A stretch of DNA of 64,000 nucleotides, taken from contig NC_043011.1 of NCBI RefSeq assembly GCF_006345805.1, positions 54,262,464 to 54,326,463 of the forward strand, given 5' to 3'. How positions within the stretch are numbered: position 1 is the first letter of the stretch; the number at the start of each line of letters is the position of its first letter. The stretch is from Octopus sinensis (Eukaryota). Below the pieces are notes generated by a model. The model saw nothing but the letters and a program-made list of their open reading frames with translations. It was not told the origin of the DNA and searched no databases. A program made the translations under genes and the position numbers. Below, in pieces: positions 35,931-49,917 of the stretch.

Positions 35931-36319
35931 AAATAAAACAAGGAAACAATATTTAAACACAAGTTTATTATCTTTTTTCAATACCATTTCTGGTTCTTTT
36001 CTTCTGTCAATTAAATCTGATAATTTTATAACATTTCAGTTGTTTGTAGAGGGTGGGTGAGGGGGGGAGGTGCTCTTGCCTCGCCCCCTACCCCACCCCC
36101 GACCAACATGTAATTTATAAGAATACCACATGGTTTTACAGGATAACATGTATGTATAATCATAACATAAAGAGAATAACGTTTGTATAGTCTGATAGAG
36201 GAGGGAGTGCGAGAGAGGAAGAGAGAGAGAGAGAGGGGGAGGGGGAAAGGAGAATTGGGGGGATCAATAAAGGGAATAAGGGGTTATGAGATTAAAACAG
36301 TGAGTAGTGTGTGTGTTTG

Positions 36320-36922
36320 TGTATGCGTGTGTGTGTTTGTGTGTAACATCAATGCATATACATACATTCATATATATCCATACCTGTGCATGCATACATA
36401 CACATGCATGTATATACATAAATGCATGTATATATATGTATACATATATATGCATGTATATATATATATATGTATACATATATATATATATAGACACATA
36501 CATGCACATATATATGCATGCATGTATATATATATATAATATATATATATATATGTATATATATGTATACATACATATATATACACATATATACATGCAT
36601 ATATATATGTATGCATATGTGTATATACATATATATGTATACATATATATTACACATATAAATGTATAGACATCCATATATATACATGCATACATGCACA
36701 CACATCCATATATATATATATACATGCAACATATATATATATATATACACACACACATAAATACACACACACAGAGGGTGGTTAAAAGATAATACAGGGA
36801 GCTAACCATCATATAGAAATATATGAAGACATTTCTATTATACATATGTATGTATGCATAAATATGTATGTATGAACATATGTAGATATATGTTCCAACA
36901 TTCATATTAGTCTTGTGTGTGT

Positions 36923-36972
<50 letters not shown>

Positions 36973-36985
36973 TGTGTGTGTGTGT
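36320..36985. repeat. (TA)n/(TACA)n/(TG)n microsatellite field
   Basis: Direct reading. Confidence 0.95.
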
Positions 36986-37279
36986 CTCTTTATCAGGTGA
37001 GTGCTGAAGTAGAGGTAACCTTGTCTTATAAATAAACTACTTCACCGGAACTAATATATTTAATAACGACTCTGCTAATTGCTCTCAGTATGGGGCATGA
37101 CGCCATGCAGTATCTTTCTGGAAGGTTGTGTAATTGATGAAAACAACCGCAATATGTAATTAGTACTTAAGCCCTTGAATGATAAAAAGCAAAATTGACT
37201 TTGGCAGGATTTGAAATCAGAAGAAATTAGTCTATACTGCATGGATTTTAGTCTGTACATTAGTAATAATAATAATAAT

Positions 37280-38060
37280 TATAGTTTCTAATTTTGGTAC
37301 ATGGCCAGCACTTTCATGGGAGGGGTAAGTTGGTTACATTGACCACCAGTGCTCAAAAGGTATTTATGTCATTGACCCTGAGAGGATGAAAGGCAAAGTC
37401 GACCTCAGCAGGAATTGAACTCAGAACATAAAGATGGGTGAAATTCTGCTAAGCATTTTGCCTAGTGTGCTAACAATTCTGCAAAATCTCCACCTTAATA
37501 ATAATAATAATAACAGTAAGTCTTTCTGCTATAGCCACAAACCCTGAATTTTGTGGGGAAGTGGTAAGTCGATTACATTGACCCCAATACTCAACTGGTA
37601 CTTAATTTATCGATCCCAGAAAGGATGACAAGTAAAGTCAACCTCGGTGGAATTTGAACTCAGAACGTAGCGACAGGCGAAATACCACTAAGCATTTTGT
37701 CAAGTGTGCTAACGTTTCTGCCAGCTCACCGCCTTTCTAATAATAATAATAATAATAATAATACTTCAATTGCAAAAACCTTAATGAGAATGCAATTGAG
37801 ATTGTGTAATATTCATGCCTCTCTAGAAAACAACCTAATATTAGGGGTCTAATGTGTGTGTGTGTACATGTATAAATGCAAGTATAAACAAAAAGGCAAC
37901 TAAAGTGCTTAATAACAAAGGTAGAGTGTAGTATTTATGGAAGCCAGTGGGATGTAATATCCTGTAATTATTCCACCAGTTTGCATTTTGTGTTCAAATC
38001 CTGGTGAGGTCAACTTTGCTTTTTGTTTTTGGTGGTGGTTGTTCAGATATTCATTGACCA
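37280..38060. mobile_element. Decayed SINE family B copies
   Basis: Family B modules with CpG to TpG/CpA changes. Confidence 0.75.
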
Positions 38061-38361
38061 CAGTTATTAGTGAGATTTTGAACTAAGGACATAAAAGTAA
38101 CAATTAAATGATATAAACCAATATGGCCAGCTACTCTTTCAATTCTGCCATAACAATAACACTAATACTTCTGGCACTGATTTAAAGGTTGTGAGGTCAT
38201 TTATGCAGAAACCCCAGAATATATTGTCAGTTATGTACCTGGGTCAATTGTACCTTCTCTTAAAATGGTGATCTTAGGCCTAATCCATTAGAACCATTGG
38301 AGCAGCAGATTAAATAAATACTGTATTTGCCAGCACATGATGCACTCTCGTCAGAACCACT

Positions 38362-39106
38362 CTTGCATGAGGTGCAGCTTGCCCGAGGCGCAGCTTGCAC
38401 AAGGCACAACACAGCTTGCACGAGTCGCAGCTTGCACGAGGCATAGCTTGCTCGAGTCGCAGGTTGCACGAGTCGCAGCTTGCACGAGGTGCAGATTGCA
38501 TGAGACACAGCTTGTATGAGGTGCAGCTTGCACAAGTCACAGCTTGCACGAGTCGCAGCTTGCACGAGGCATAGCTTGCTCAAGTCGCAGGTTGCACGAG
38601 TTGCAGCTTGCACGAGTTGCAGCTTGCACGAGTGCAGCTTGCACGAGGCAGCTTGCACGAGTCGCAGCTTGCACGAGTCGCAGCTTGCACGAGTCGCAGC
38701 TTGCACGAGTCGCAGCTTGCACGAGGCTCAACTTGCACGAGGCGCAGATTGCACGAGGCGCAGCTTGCACGAGTCACAGGTTGCACGAGGTGCAGCTTGC
38801 ACGAGTCGCAGCTTGCACGAGGTGCAGATTGCATGAGACACAGCTTGTATGAGGTGCAGCTTGCACAAGTCACAGCTTGCACGAGTCGCAGCTTGCACGA
38901 GTCGCAGCTTGCACGAGTCGCAGCTTGCACGAGTCGCAGCTTGCACGAGTCGCAGCTTGCACGAGTCGCAGCTTGCACGAGTCGCAGCTTGCACGAGGTG
39001 CAGCTTGCACGAGGTGCAGCTTGCACGAGTCGCAGCTTGCACGAGTCGCAGCTTGCACGAGGCACAGCTTGTGTGAGGTGCAGCTTGTGTAAGGTGCACT
39101 CTTGCA
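38362..39106. repeat. 16-bp minisatellite, consensus GCTTGCACGAGTCGCA, about 46 units with higher-order duplicated variant blocks
   Basis: Direct reading; variant block gcagattgcatgagacacagcttgtatgaggtgcagcttgcacaagtcacag occurs near 38490 and 38825. Confidence 0.95.
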
Positions 39107-41084
39107 TATATGATACACCCTTATTTTAGAAATATATTTTGGAGAAAAAACTAAGTTCAGTATGTTGTGTTAGACACTTATTGAAAGAGATTTTTATGTG
39201 GTTTGGTCAGGAATAATGTCTGAGACTGTGCATATAAATGCAATTCTGTGACACTAGACTGGAATAAAGTAGAAAGCATACATTTTTCATAAATAAACTG
39301 TAATATGAGTGCAGTATTTCAACTTTATTTTCTTTCAGATCAGTTATCAACTTGTTTATATCATGGTCAAGGGAATTATCATACAGGATATAAAACTTTA
39401 AAATTTTTGGTTATGATGTTTTGTGTTACCTTGATCAGCCACCAGGGTGGTGCGCCAACATTACAGCTTTGTTGTCATCCACTCATTGCACAAAGCTGAC
39501 GGGTGAATGAAAGTTTAGAATTACATATTTCTAAGAGAATTTTTATTTAGAAATTTAATGTTTCCTAAAGGTAACAGTCATTAAATAATGTAAGCCACTT
39601 GTCAGGTATGGGTTATATATGCTGGGTAAGGAGGTATAATGAGATGATGTGACCTCTTCACATAAGTGCTGAGATACCATCAGCAATTCTCCATAAGTTT
39701 GTGCTAATAGACTGCCGTATTTTGGCCCATTTTCAATATTTTATTGTTAGTGACAATTACCGTGCTTAGAGGATTTGTGAATATCCAGCCTACAAAGAAC
39801 AATCTCCCATTCATAATATGACTACATTAGGTGCAGGCTAATTTAAAAATACAAAATCAAAGCATGTCTTATACGCCAGCGAATATGGTACCTTGTTTTA
39901 GCTCTTTATGTTCTGAGTTCAAATCCCACCAAAGTGAACTTTACCCTTTTCCATTCCAGGTTCAATAGAAATATAAGTCAAGGACTGAAAGGAATAGATT
40001 TGAGTTTTCAATTCCCTCTAAATTTCTTTGTGCCTGGAGTATTTCTATTATCATAAATTCTCCCAAGATCACAGAGCAGGTAGCTTCCTATATAATATTA
40101 TTACAAATACACACATTCTATCAACTCCCACAACCACTCGCATGAGGAGGATGAAAGACTTGAATCTGGTGGGAGAGGGCTTTGAACTGAGAACTCGAAG
40201 GGGTATAACTAAATACCACAAGGTATTACGTTCTGGCGTTCAGACAGAATGGTCAACTTAAGTGACCCCAGTAGATAAATATTTTACAATCAAAGAAGGA
40301 TAAAAATCAGTTTTGGCAGCAAATAACAGTGGGCAGGGGAAAAAATGGTTGAGAAATGCTAATCGGATATTTGTATTGAGAGTAATAACAACCAGTAGGA
40401 GGAGATACTGTAAGACCTTATTTTGGACAGTGGACATTGTGAAGCTTGAAGCTGACCTGGCGAGATCACTACTTGTAATTTGTAGACAAGAATGGGTGTT
40501 AAAATATTCACTGCAAACAGGTGTGTGCGAGAGTGTAAATGGAGAAGTAGGGTATAATAGGATTTGAACCTTGCAATTTCTACTGAGAGTCAGTGTTAAG
40601 GAAGGTGTGTGTTTGTAATGGAGTTTGTTCCAGTATGGCCTGTGCTGTGATTACTAAAATAAAGCATAAATTAATAAGTAGGAAAAAAATAGGTGAAATA
40701 AGTATGAGAAGTAGTTATTAGGTGTGAGATGAGAAATAAAAGACAAGAGAGAAATGAGGAACAAAAGTATAAGTTGTGAATGTTTAAGGGAAATACTTAA
40801 GATTTAGTGAAGGGAAAAAAGGGGAGTTGCTTCTCTTCTCTTGGAAGAGCCCCTAATTATTCATGTGAAGCTCAAGGAAGAGGACTTTGAACTGAGGACT
40901 TGAAAGGAATATAACTAAATACTGTAAGGTATTTAGTTCCAGTGTTCAGACAAAGAAGGCTGAAGGGTAAATACCTTGTCTGAATATTTGCAACAGGGTG
41001 GACTCGCAATAAGTAGCCAGGGGCCAAGAGGTGGGGTGTTAAACCTGAAGACATATATATGGAAAGAGATGAACAGAGAGAACA

Positions 41085-41125
<41 letters not shown>

Positions 41126-41334
41126 AAACATGAGAGGAAGAGAGAGGAAGATGATTAATATAGATATATGTATGTAAAGAAATAGGGTAGCCATCGTCTT
41201 TAAAGTATAAAATGTGATTAAACTGGACAAATAATGGATTTAGTAGAGAAATAGTAAATAATATAATTCTGAAAAAACATTTAAAATTGTCATGGTGAAA
41301 ACTACTTCAGTGTATAATAACAAATATAACCCTT

Positions 41335-41735
41335 TCTACTGTAGGAACATCAACCCCAGTGTGTCACTGGTACTTGATTTACTGACCCCCAAAGGATGAA
41401 AGGTAAAGTCCACCCTGGCAGCATTTGAACTCGGAACATGATGACAGATGAAATACTGTGAAGCATTTTGCCTGACATGCTAAAGGTTCTGACTGTTTGC
41501 CGTCTTAATAATAATTTCTCATATAGGCACGGCCAGCAATTTTAGTGGGGAGGGGGCGAGACAATTACATTGATCCCAGTGCTTGACTGGTACTTAATTT
41601 ATCGACCCCAATAGGATGACAGGCAAAGTTGACCTTAGTGGAATTTCAAGTCAGAACACAGAGCCAGAAGGAATGTTGCTGAGCATTTTGTCCAGCAAGA
41701 AAATGATTCTATCCTGATTCTACCAGCTCACCAAC
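41335..41735 (-). mobile_element. Two decayed SINE family B copies
   Basis: Family B modules. Confidence 0.75.
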
Positions 41736-42479
41736 TTATTAATACTAATAATAACAACAACAACACTAATAATAATGTCTTCCCTGCTCAGTTAATACCC
41801 AGAGACCCTGTGACACCCCTGACAACAGGTTGCTGTCTGCTCTCACAGAATCAACCAGGGCAAATAAGACTGAAAGTGCTGAGGAGTAAAATAATAATAA
41901 TTTCTAAAACAGGTGCAAGAGTGTACACTGTAGGAAGTGAGTCTATTATTGATTGTATTTCTTTAGCATCAGAAGAATGAAAGACAAAGTTGCCAACATA
42001 GTGGACAAGAGTTGGAATCAGAGACGAAAGATATACAACAGCAAGCTGTTTTGTCTGTTACTAATTCTACAAATCCATAGCTCATTAATAACTTGGTGGG
42101 AACCATTTACAACCTGTGGAGAATGATGGATACCTGGTATATTTTGTTGAAAAAAACCAATGATTTATAAATGGAATTTTGTTTTTCATTTACTTCCATA
42201 AAGATATTGGTTTCATGTAGATTAAATACTAAGGTATAAATAATTTAGTTCAAGGGGATTTTGTAGCATTTACACCTTTCTCAATGGTGTAGATATAAAT
42301 GAAAGAAGAGTTACCTGAATGGAAGGACTTCTCACTGATTAGAGCAATAAATAATTCACTGCATTAACAAATATATAAATATTTATATATTATATATATA
42401 TATATATTATATTTTGTGAGATTTGATTTAGTATTTCTAAATTGAATTTTCCCTGTAAGTTTGGAATAATATTCCCTCA

Positions 42480-42550
<71 letters not shown>

Positions 42551-43174
42551 CATTTATAAAAGCAGCAAATCTTCACAAAAACTGTTTTCAATATCACATT
42601 TCTGTTCATCAAACAGTTGTATTTATCATCACTGACCGACAAACAGGAACATGGAACTAACAGTTTTGTGGTGATGTTTGCAGCTTTAATAAAAGCATAT
42701 TACTCTACCTTAGGTATTTGAGTACTATTTTTTATCCCCTTATTTAGCATTTATGTGCTTACTTGTGTATGTGAGTGTGTGCATGTATATATACATCTAC
42801 ACACACACACAGTGTTTGTTATGTTCAGTTGTAATAAAAACAATTTTACATTAAACTGATGAGTTACTCTATACTTTTGTATAGAATAACCCAATTTATG
42901 ATTAGGGCTTAACTGGCTAAAATATCAAAACCACTGTCAACAATATACTTGTTTAAGAATAATATATCTAATTATGATTAAAATTAGTGCTAGGGTTGTA
43001 AACATGATCGACTGCACATCCATCACTCCTGAATGGGACACTGGAAGCAAGTTGTTTCACCTCTCTGTGTCTTTTGGGTGTTTTAACACCTAGTGCTATG
43101 AGGGAGTCATGCCCAAAGTGCTAAACCACAGCAAACAAGCAAAACACATACAGTGAGTATGTGCAGTTGCTAAT

Positions 43175-43207
<33 letters not shown>

Positions 43208-43982
43208 ATGTTAAATAAGAGGAAAATAATTAAGGCAGGACTATGGCATTTAAAATTTACTTAGTTTAGTTTAATTTAAGATAGTTAATGCAATTTAGGT
43301 AGAATTAATAGATATAGTCTCTTAGAGCTGCTTCTGGGATATCCCAGCCACAGAATCATTGTATTGATCCAAGGTTCCATGTATTGGGTATTCCATCATC
43401 AGAGAAATATAAGCAGGAAGCTATAGACAGGAACATTTGTTGTATAAAAATGTGTAGCACAGTAGAAAGTTCATGGCTTATTATAGTTATATATATAAAT
43501 GTCAGGATTATCATCGTAGCTACACAATAAGGTATTGGACATTTTAGCTCCCCTGATTAAAAGAAAAAGAATCTAACTTATCTGAGCGACACTGATTGGG
43601 GGATTAATTACAACCAGTCTGTACATACTCCGGGCCCTTCGCCTCAACATACGGAAACTAATAATCTATTATGATCTGTACGGAGAGTTAACTAGTCTTC
43701 TATTTTCTTGATAAAAGCATTTTAAATTTGATATTTTGGAATATAAAGATTAAAGAATACAAAATGGTGTTAAGACGGGCTGCCCATCGTTGTTGCGATT
43801 ATCAAAATCATTTTGTAGTGTTACTTTACATAATTATGATTCAGTTACCCTTATCCTGTCCCCGCCCCTGAACCCTGGGATTGGTGTAATTGACTAGCCC
43901 CTCCCTACAAACTTTCAGGTATTGCACCTAGAGTAGAAAGTGTATTATTATTACTATTCTTCTTCTTCTTATTATTATTATT

Positions 43983-44170
43983 AAAGGTGGTGAGCTGGCA
44001 GAATCGTTAGCACTCTGAACAAAATGCTTGGCAGTATTTTGCCTTTCATCCTTTCAGGGTCAATAAAATGAGTACCAGTTGAATACTGGGGTCGATGTAA
44101 TCAACTCGTTCCCCACCTCCCCACAAGCTGCCCTTCTGACAAAAATTTGGAATTATTATTATTATTCTTT
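43983..44170 (+). mobile_element. SINE family B with internal deletion
   Basis: Head joined directly to tttgcctttcatcctttc. Confidence 0.75.
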
Positions 44171-44437
44171 GCTGTAGCTCAATTTTTGCCAGGCGGTGGG
44201 GGTCAATGAAGATACTCCCACCCCTTTTACCAAGTGTATTACTGGTGTCTTCCTCAATAGCTAACAGAGTAAACATGTCATGGACAATATTCATCCCATC
44301 TCAATTTTTTGATGGATGATAAGTAAAGTAAAAACAAAAAAAAATATAATAAAAATGATTTTAATGTAAATAAGAGACAATGTGAGAATTCATATCAAAA
44401 CTAATTTCTCTCTCACACACAAACACACTGCATATAT

Positions 44438-44474
<37 letters not shown>

Positions 44475-44643
44475 ATGTAAAAATCAAAGTATACAATGTT
44501 ATAAATTTATTTCAGCTCCCCTTACCAACTGGTTTCTCACAGGGTATTAGGTAACTGGATATTAGATAACAGTGCAGTTAAATAACACCACGTACTCTTC
44601 AGAGATGGCAGGTATGAAAGAAATACAGCATTGTCATAGATGA

Positions 44644-44686
<43 letters not shown>

Positions 44687-45558
44687 GCATATATATATAT
44701 GTACACATACACACAAACATTAAAATTCATTCACACATAAATATATACACATCCAAACATGGCAAGGTATTGAATCAAGTGCTCTATTATGGCTGTAAAT
44801 GGATAACCAAATGAATAACAAGAGATAAAAGAAAACATGTATGCTTAGATATGCACAGCAACACATGCATATTTACACACTTGTGTGTGTAAGTATATAT
44901 ATATGTGTGTGTGTGTATCTATATATATATATATATATATAGATAGATAGATACACACACAGACACACACACACACTCATCTACATACACACACACATAC
45001 TTAAAAACATGCATTTACTTGCATATTATACATGTGTATATGTTGATATATATGCTTTCTCTACAAACCGCAACGGTGATGTTAGTGGATGGTGGTGCAA
45101 TAGTTAATGTGGTGGTACATATGAAAATAGAGAGAGGAGGAGGAGGAGGGAAAGTGATAAATATAGGGAGCATCAGAGAGGGAGGTAGCAATGTGATATA
45201 GGTGGGGTGGTGGGTAGCAATATTAGTATATGGTGGTGGTGGTGTGAGGATGAAGAACTGAAAAAAAAAAAAGGTTCCTTATCTGAAAATGGTGGTGGTG
45301 GTGGTGGTGGTGGTCGTGGTAATGGGGGAAGGTCGTAGGGTAGAGAAGGAAAGAGAAAGAGCAGGAGACAGGTGGACAGATTGATTGGTTGGTTAATTGA
45401 TTGACAGACAGGTAAATAGCTAGTTATATAGAGAGGTAGGTAGACTGACAGATTGACAGATAAATAGGACATACAGGTAGATAGGTAGATAGATATAGAT
45501 GAATAGATATATGAATGGACAGAGAAAAATAGAAAAGAAGAAAAATTATACAGGACCC

Positions 45559-45604
<46 letters not shown>

Positions 45605-45975
45605 TATACACTCTTACACACACAGACATACATGCAGGTGGAAAAGTTGTGAGAATTAGAACTGAGGGGAGGTAAAAACAGGATAGGTTAAAGAGCAGTA
45701 AAAAGAGAAAAATAGTGGAGAGTGAAAGATGTAATAAGGAAAGAAAAGGTGATTAAGATTAATTAAACCTCCACCACACATATAATAGTAATTAACAAAT
45801 TGTGTGTGTGTGTATGTGTGTGTAAATAACAAGTGCTAGGCTGAGAAGTAAGTACTGGAGTCGCCGTGATTGTCTAAAAACTTTTCAAGGCAATGCTCCA
45901 GTAGGGCCACAGTCCAACAACTGAGACGAAAGTATAAAAGAATATCTATTTACCTGCCTGTTTAGAAATTAGCTA

Positions 45976-46010
<35 letters not shown>

Positions 46011-46912
46011 ACGCGTCTGTGTGCATGCGTGTGTGTACACGTGTCTGTGTGCATGCATGTGTGTACACTCGTCTGTGTGCATGCGTGTGTGTACGTGTGT
46101 GCATATATATACACATGCATGTGTGTTTGTTTTTTGATAAATCTATCTCTGCCCATCGGTTTATGATTCTAAACACATATATACATATATATTTGTGTGT
46201 GTATATAAGTGTATATATTTATTAACGTTGTCTTATTTCGTCACTTGGATACCTAATAATCTGTCTATACACACATACACACACACACATGCATATATAT
46301 CCATATATATTTGTATATATACATATATATATGTGTGTGTGTGTGTGTGTACTTTTCCCTAAGTCCTAGCAACAACATAAATAAAATGCTATAAAAATTT
46401 TAGAATTTTAAAAAATAACAGTTGTTGCTGACGGTGGTGGAGGTGGGGGGAAGGTTGGGGGTGGAGTAGAAAAATCAACAATAACAACAAAAAAGGTCAT
46501 AATAACCCCTAATCCACCCTAATACTTAATAATTTCCCACCCACCCCAAAATTAACAGTTAAACCCCACCCTCCCAATTTAAATTGTTAATCAAGGTGGG
46601 TTAGAACAATTTGTGAAATAATTATCAATTTTTCTTTTTTTTTCTTTTTTTTTCTTTCTGTTTTTTGTTTTAAAGTACAAATAAAAAAAAATTTAAATAA
46701 ATAAAAAAAGGATAAAAGTTAATACCATTATCATTAGTATAATTACAATTATTGTCAATATTATTATTATTATTATTATTATTATCAAATGTCCATATGG
46801 CAATAGAAAGAAATTAACATTGTATAATCACTGTTGATGCAATTGTTGTTGCTGTCAATATTATAATCATTATTTTTATTATTATTATTATTATTATAAC
46901 CGTCAGTAGTTT

Positions 46913-47088
46913 TCATACTGATGTCTCTCGGAAAACTCGGACAGAGGTGCCGTTGTGTTGTACATGGATGTATTTCGTGGTGTCCACTTGAGAGATCTTT
47001 ACTTGAGTGCTAGGGACGATAATGTCAGTTGTAAGGAGACACTGCGCAAGGGCAGAGTCCAGCTTGTCACTCTCTGCTGGGGTTTTAC
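46913..47088 (-). CDS. Terminal coding exon of an unidentified host gene, C-terminus ...HVQHNGTSVRVFRETSV* (class I PDZ-binding motif)
   Basis: Strong acceptor ttctgtttattttctacag; after 2 nt, 57 open codons KTPAESDKLDSALAQ...RETSV then TGA; non-repetitive, GC-richer island followed by AT-rich UTR-like sequence. Confidence 0.62.
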
Positions 47089-47379
47089 CTGTAGAAAATA
47101 AAACAGAACAGGTAGAAGAAATTTAAAAACACACACAAACACACATATATATATATATATATACGTACACATTATGGTCATTTTAACAGACCACCTTTCC
47201 ATGCTTGCAATGGGTTGGACAGATTTTCTATGGCTGGATGCTCTTCCGTTCGGTGAGTCTTATCCGTTTCCACCTACCACAATGTTTCCCCCATGGCTGG
47301 ATATGTTTGTGCCGGATATTAGAAATTAATGACATCCATTTAGAACAATCGTGTGATGTCAAAGTAAAGATACTCACTC

Positions 47380-47760
47380 ACTCTCTCGCACACAAACACA
47401 CTCACTCGCATTCACTCATCCACTCTCACTCACTCTCACTCATTCACTCTCACACTCACTCATTCACACTCACTCATTCACTCTCACACTCACTCATTCA
47501 CTCTCACACTCACTCATTCACTCTCACTCACTCACTCACTCACTCACTCTCACTCACTCTCACACTCTCACACTCACTCATTCACTCTCACTCACTCACT
47601 CACTCACTCACTCACTCACTCACTCACTCACTCACTCTCTTTCACATACTCACTCACTCACTCTCTTTCACATACTCACTCTCACACACTCACCCTTAGC
47701 GCTTGCCCTTTCTCTCTCGTGCCCTCTGTCTTACACTCACTCACTCACTCTCACACATAC
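47380..47760. repeat. (CACT)n-type microsatellite
   Basis: Direct reading. Confidence 0.95.
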
Positions 47761-47961
47761 ATACATATGAAGGTTTTCTTCCAGCTTCCCTCTGCGAAAT
47801 CCACTCAGAAACCTCTGGTCTCAGCCTGGGTACAGAGCAGAAGAAACTCGCCCAAGGTGCCTCGCATTGGAACTGAACCTAAAATCACAAAGCTAAACTT
47901 CCAAACCACACAGCCATGCCTTCACCCACACACACAGACACACACACGTATACATGTTTGC

Positions 47962-48005
<44 letters not shown>

Positions 48006-48334
48006 AACTAGAACCCTGTTGACTATACCAATGAGTGTTCCAGTTGATCCAATTGATGGAACAGCCTGGTCATGAAATTAACACACAGGTGACTGAGTAC
48101 TCCACAGACCCACACACCCTTAAAGTAGTTCTCAAGGAGATTCAGCATGACACAGAATGTCATAAACCTGGCCCTGTGAATTACAGGTATGATTCAATTT
48201 TGCCAGCTGGAACCACATAAATCAAGTGACTTGCTCAAGGCCACATGCATATGTATGTATGCATGTATGTATGTACAGAGATTAATGGAGACTGCATGGG
48301 TATGGTCATGTGATGGAGAATAAGACAAAGAATT

Positions 48335-48571
48335 ATTTACATTATTTACATTTGATGGATATTTGTTCTCATCTTGTTTGTTGTTAACACAAAGTTTCAC
48401 CTGATACACCCTCCAGCCTTCTTCAGGTGTCTTGGGGAAATTTCGAACCTGGGTTCTCATTCCTATGGTATTTTTCGATGTTATTATTATTGTTATTGCT
48501 CAGGTCACTGCTTGGAATCGAACTCAGAATCTTGGGGTTAGTAGCCCACGCTCTTAACCATATGCCCGTGG
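48335..48571 (-). mobile_element. tRNA-Ile-derived SINE carrying a PLE-type hammerhead motif, 13-bp TSD
   Basis: Head tggttaagagcgtgggctactaaccccaagattctgagttcgattcc; GACAC-CTGAAGA-A-GGCTG...CAGGT-GAAAC-TTT-GTGTT; TSD aagacaaagaatt at 48322-48334 and 48572-48584. Confidence 0.75.
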
Positions 48572-48975
48572 AAGACAAAGAATTGTCAGTATACCCAAAT
48601 AGAAAACCTTGGAAAAGCTGGACCTAAGCAGAAATGGTAAAAAATGATGCCAATCTGCTGAAACTAGCAAAAAAATAGATGACTAAAGAACTCAGTGAAT
48701 ACCAAGCTGTTGTGATGGAAAGGACTCTCCCAACCCATGCAAGCATGAGAACGTAGATGTAAAATTGTCAATACATTGTTTAATATTCAATGGAAGATAT
48801 ATGAAAATGTTTTCAGAGATAAACAAACGACTGTAACTTTAGATTTCAATTGTCAATGAAATAACGGACATTTATATACAACAGCTTTATAAATATATAT
48901 TTTTAGATAATATATGCATATACAAATATACATAAACAAATATACATGTATACATACAGATATACAGACATTTAC

Positions 48976-49008
<33 letters not shown>

Positions 49009-49917
49009 CACACATACACACAAATGTATAAGTATACATGTGTATATATATATATATATACACACACACATAGATATATACATACACACATATGTATACA
49101 TACACACACACATATATGCACATACAAACACATATACATACACACAAACACATATACACGCACGCAAACATAAACACACACAAACGCATATACATACATA
49201 CACGTATGTATACATATAGAAATGTTTACATATATATATATATATATGTATGTATGTACACACATGCATACAAATATATATATATATACTTACACACATA
49301 CACAGCGGTATACATACATGTATGGTCATATACAAGAAGGTCAGAATTTACCTGATTTTCAACAAAATTGATTTCCAATTTACATGTTTTAAAAGATTTT
49401 ACTTAAAAAAATTCCTGTCAATTCTAAACATTATTTAATTTTTTTTTTTACCAAAATCTGACAAAATTTTCTGGATGTGTATCAACATGCGTTATGCGTA
49501 TGGTTGTGTATATGTATGCAAACACACCTGAACACACATTAATACTTATATGTTCTTAGTATCAACAAGCAAGAAACATTAAAAAAATGGACTCAATACA
49601 TGGTATAGTCAAATATTGCTATACTTTTAGAATGAGGGTCACTGACTGTGACTTCGAAGTCTTGTTAAAGCAGTTTATCAAATAGCGTTTCTAATACATG
49701 GAGGGACTGGATGTATGGGTAAGAATGGGTCGGAAGTCAGTGAGAGAAGGTAAAAAAAGTGTGGTGTGTTGTATTAAGATACAGTGTCAGGGATTAATAA
49801 GATGTTTCTAGTCGGATCACTGTTCTTTTCTACTCTAGGGCACAAGGCCCGAAATTTTGGGGGAGCGGGAACCAGTCGATTAGATCGACACCAGTACGCA
49901 ACTGGTACTTAATTTAT

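Noticed and set aside
36050-36105. G-quadruplex-like G/C tracts (also near 5000-5050)
   Set aside because: Common low-complexity tracts in this genome with no independent evidence of function.
38362-39106. CRISPR-like regular repeat
   Set aside because: Units are contiguous with no unique spacers; eukaryotic context and no cas genes.
38260-39129. Overlapping Cys-rich ORFs on both strands (metallothionein- or keratin-like appearance)
   Set aside because: A by-product of the 16-bp unit (48-nt period) being stop-free in most frames; no splice signals or strand preference.
42856-42895. CUGAUGA followed by a strong hairpin (gttactctatac-tttt-gtatagaataac)
   Set aside because: The hairpin is followed by CCAAU rather than GAAA, and no stem I or III can be formed.
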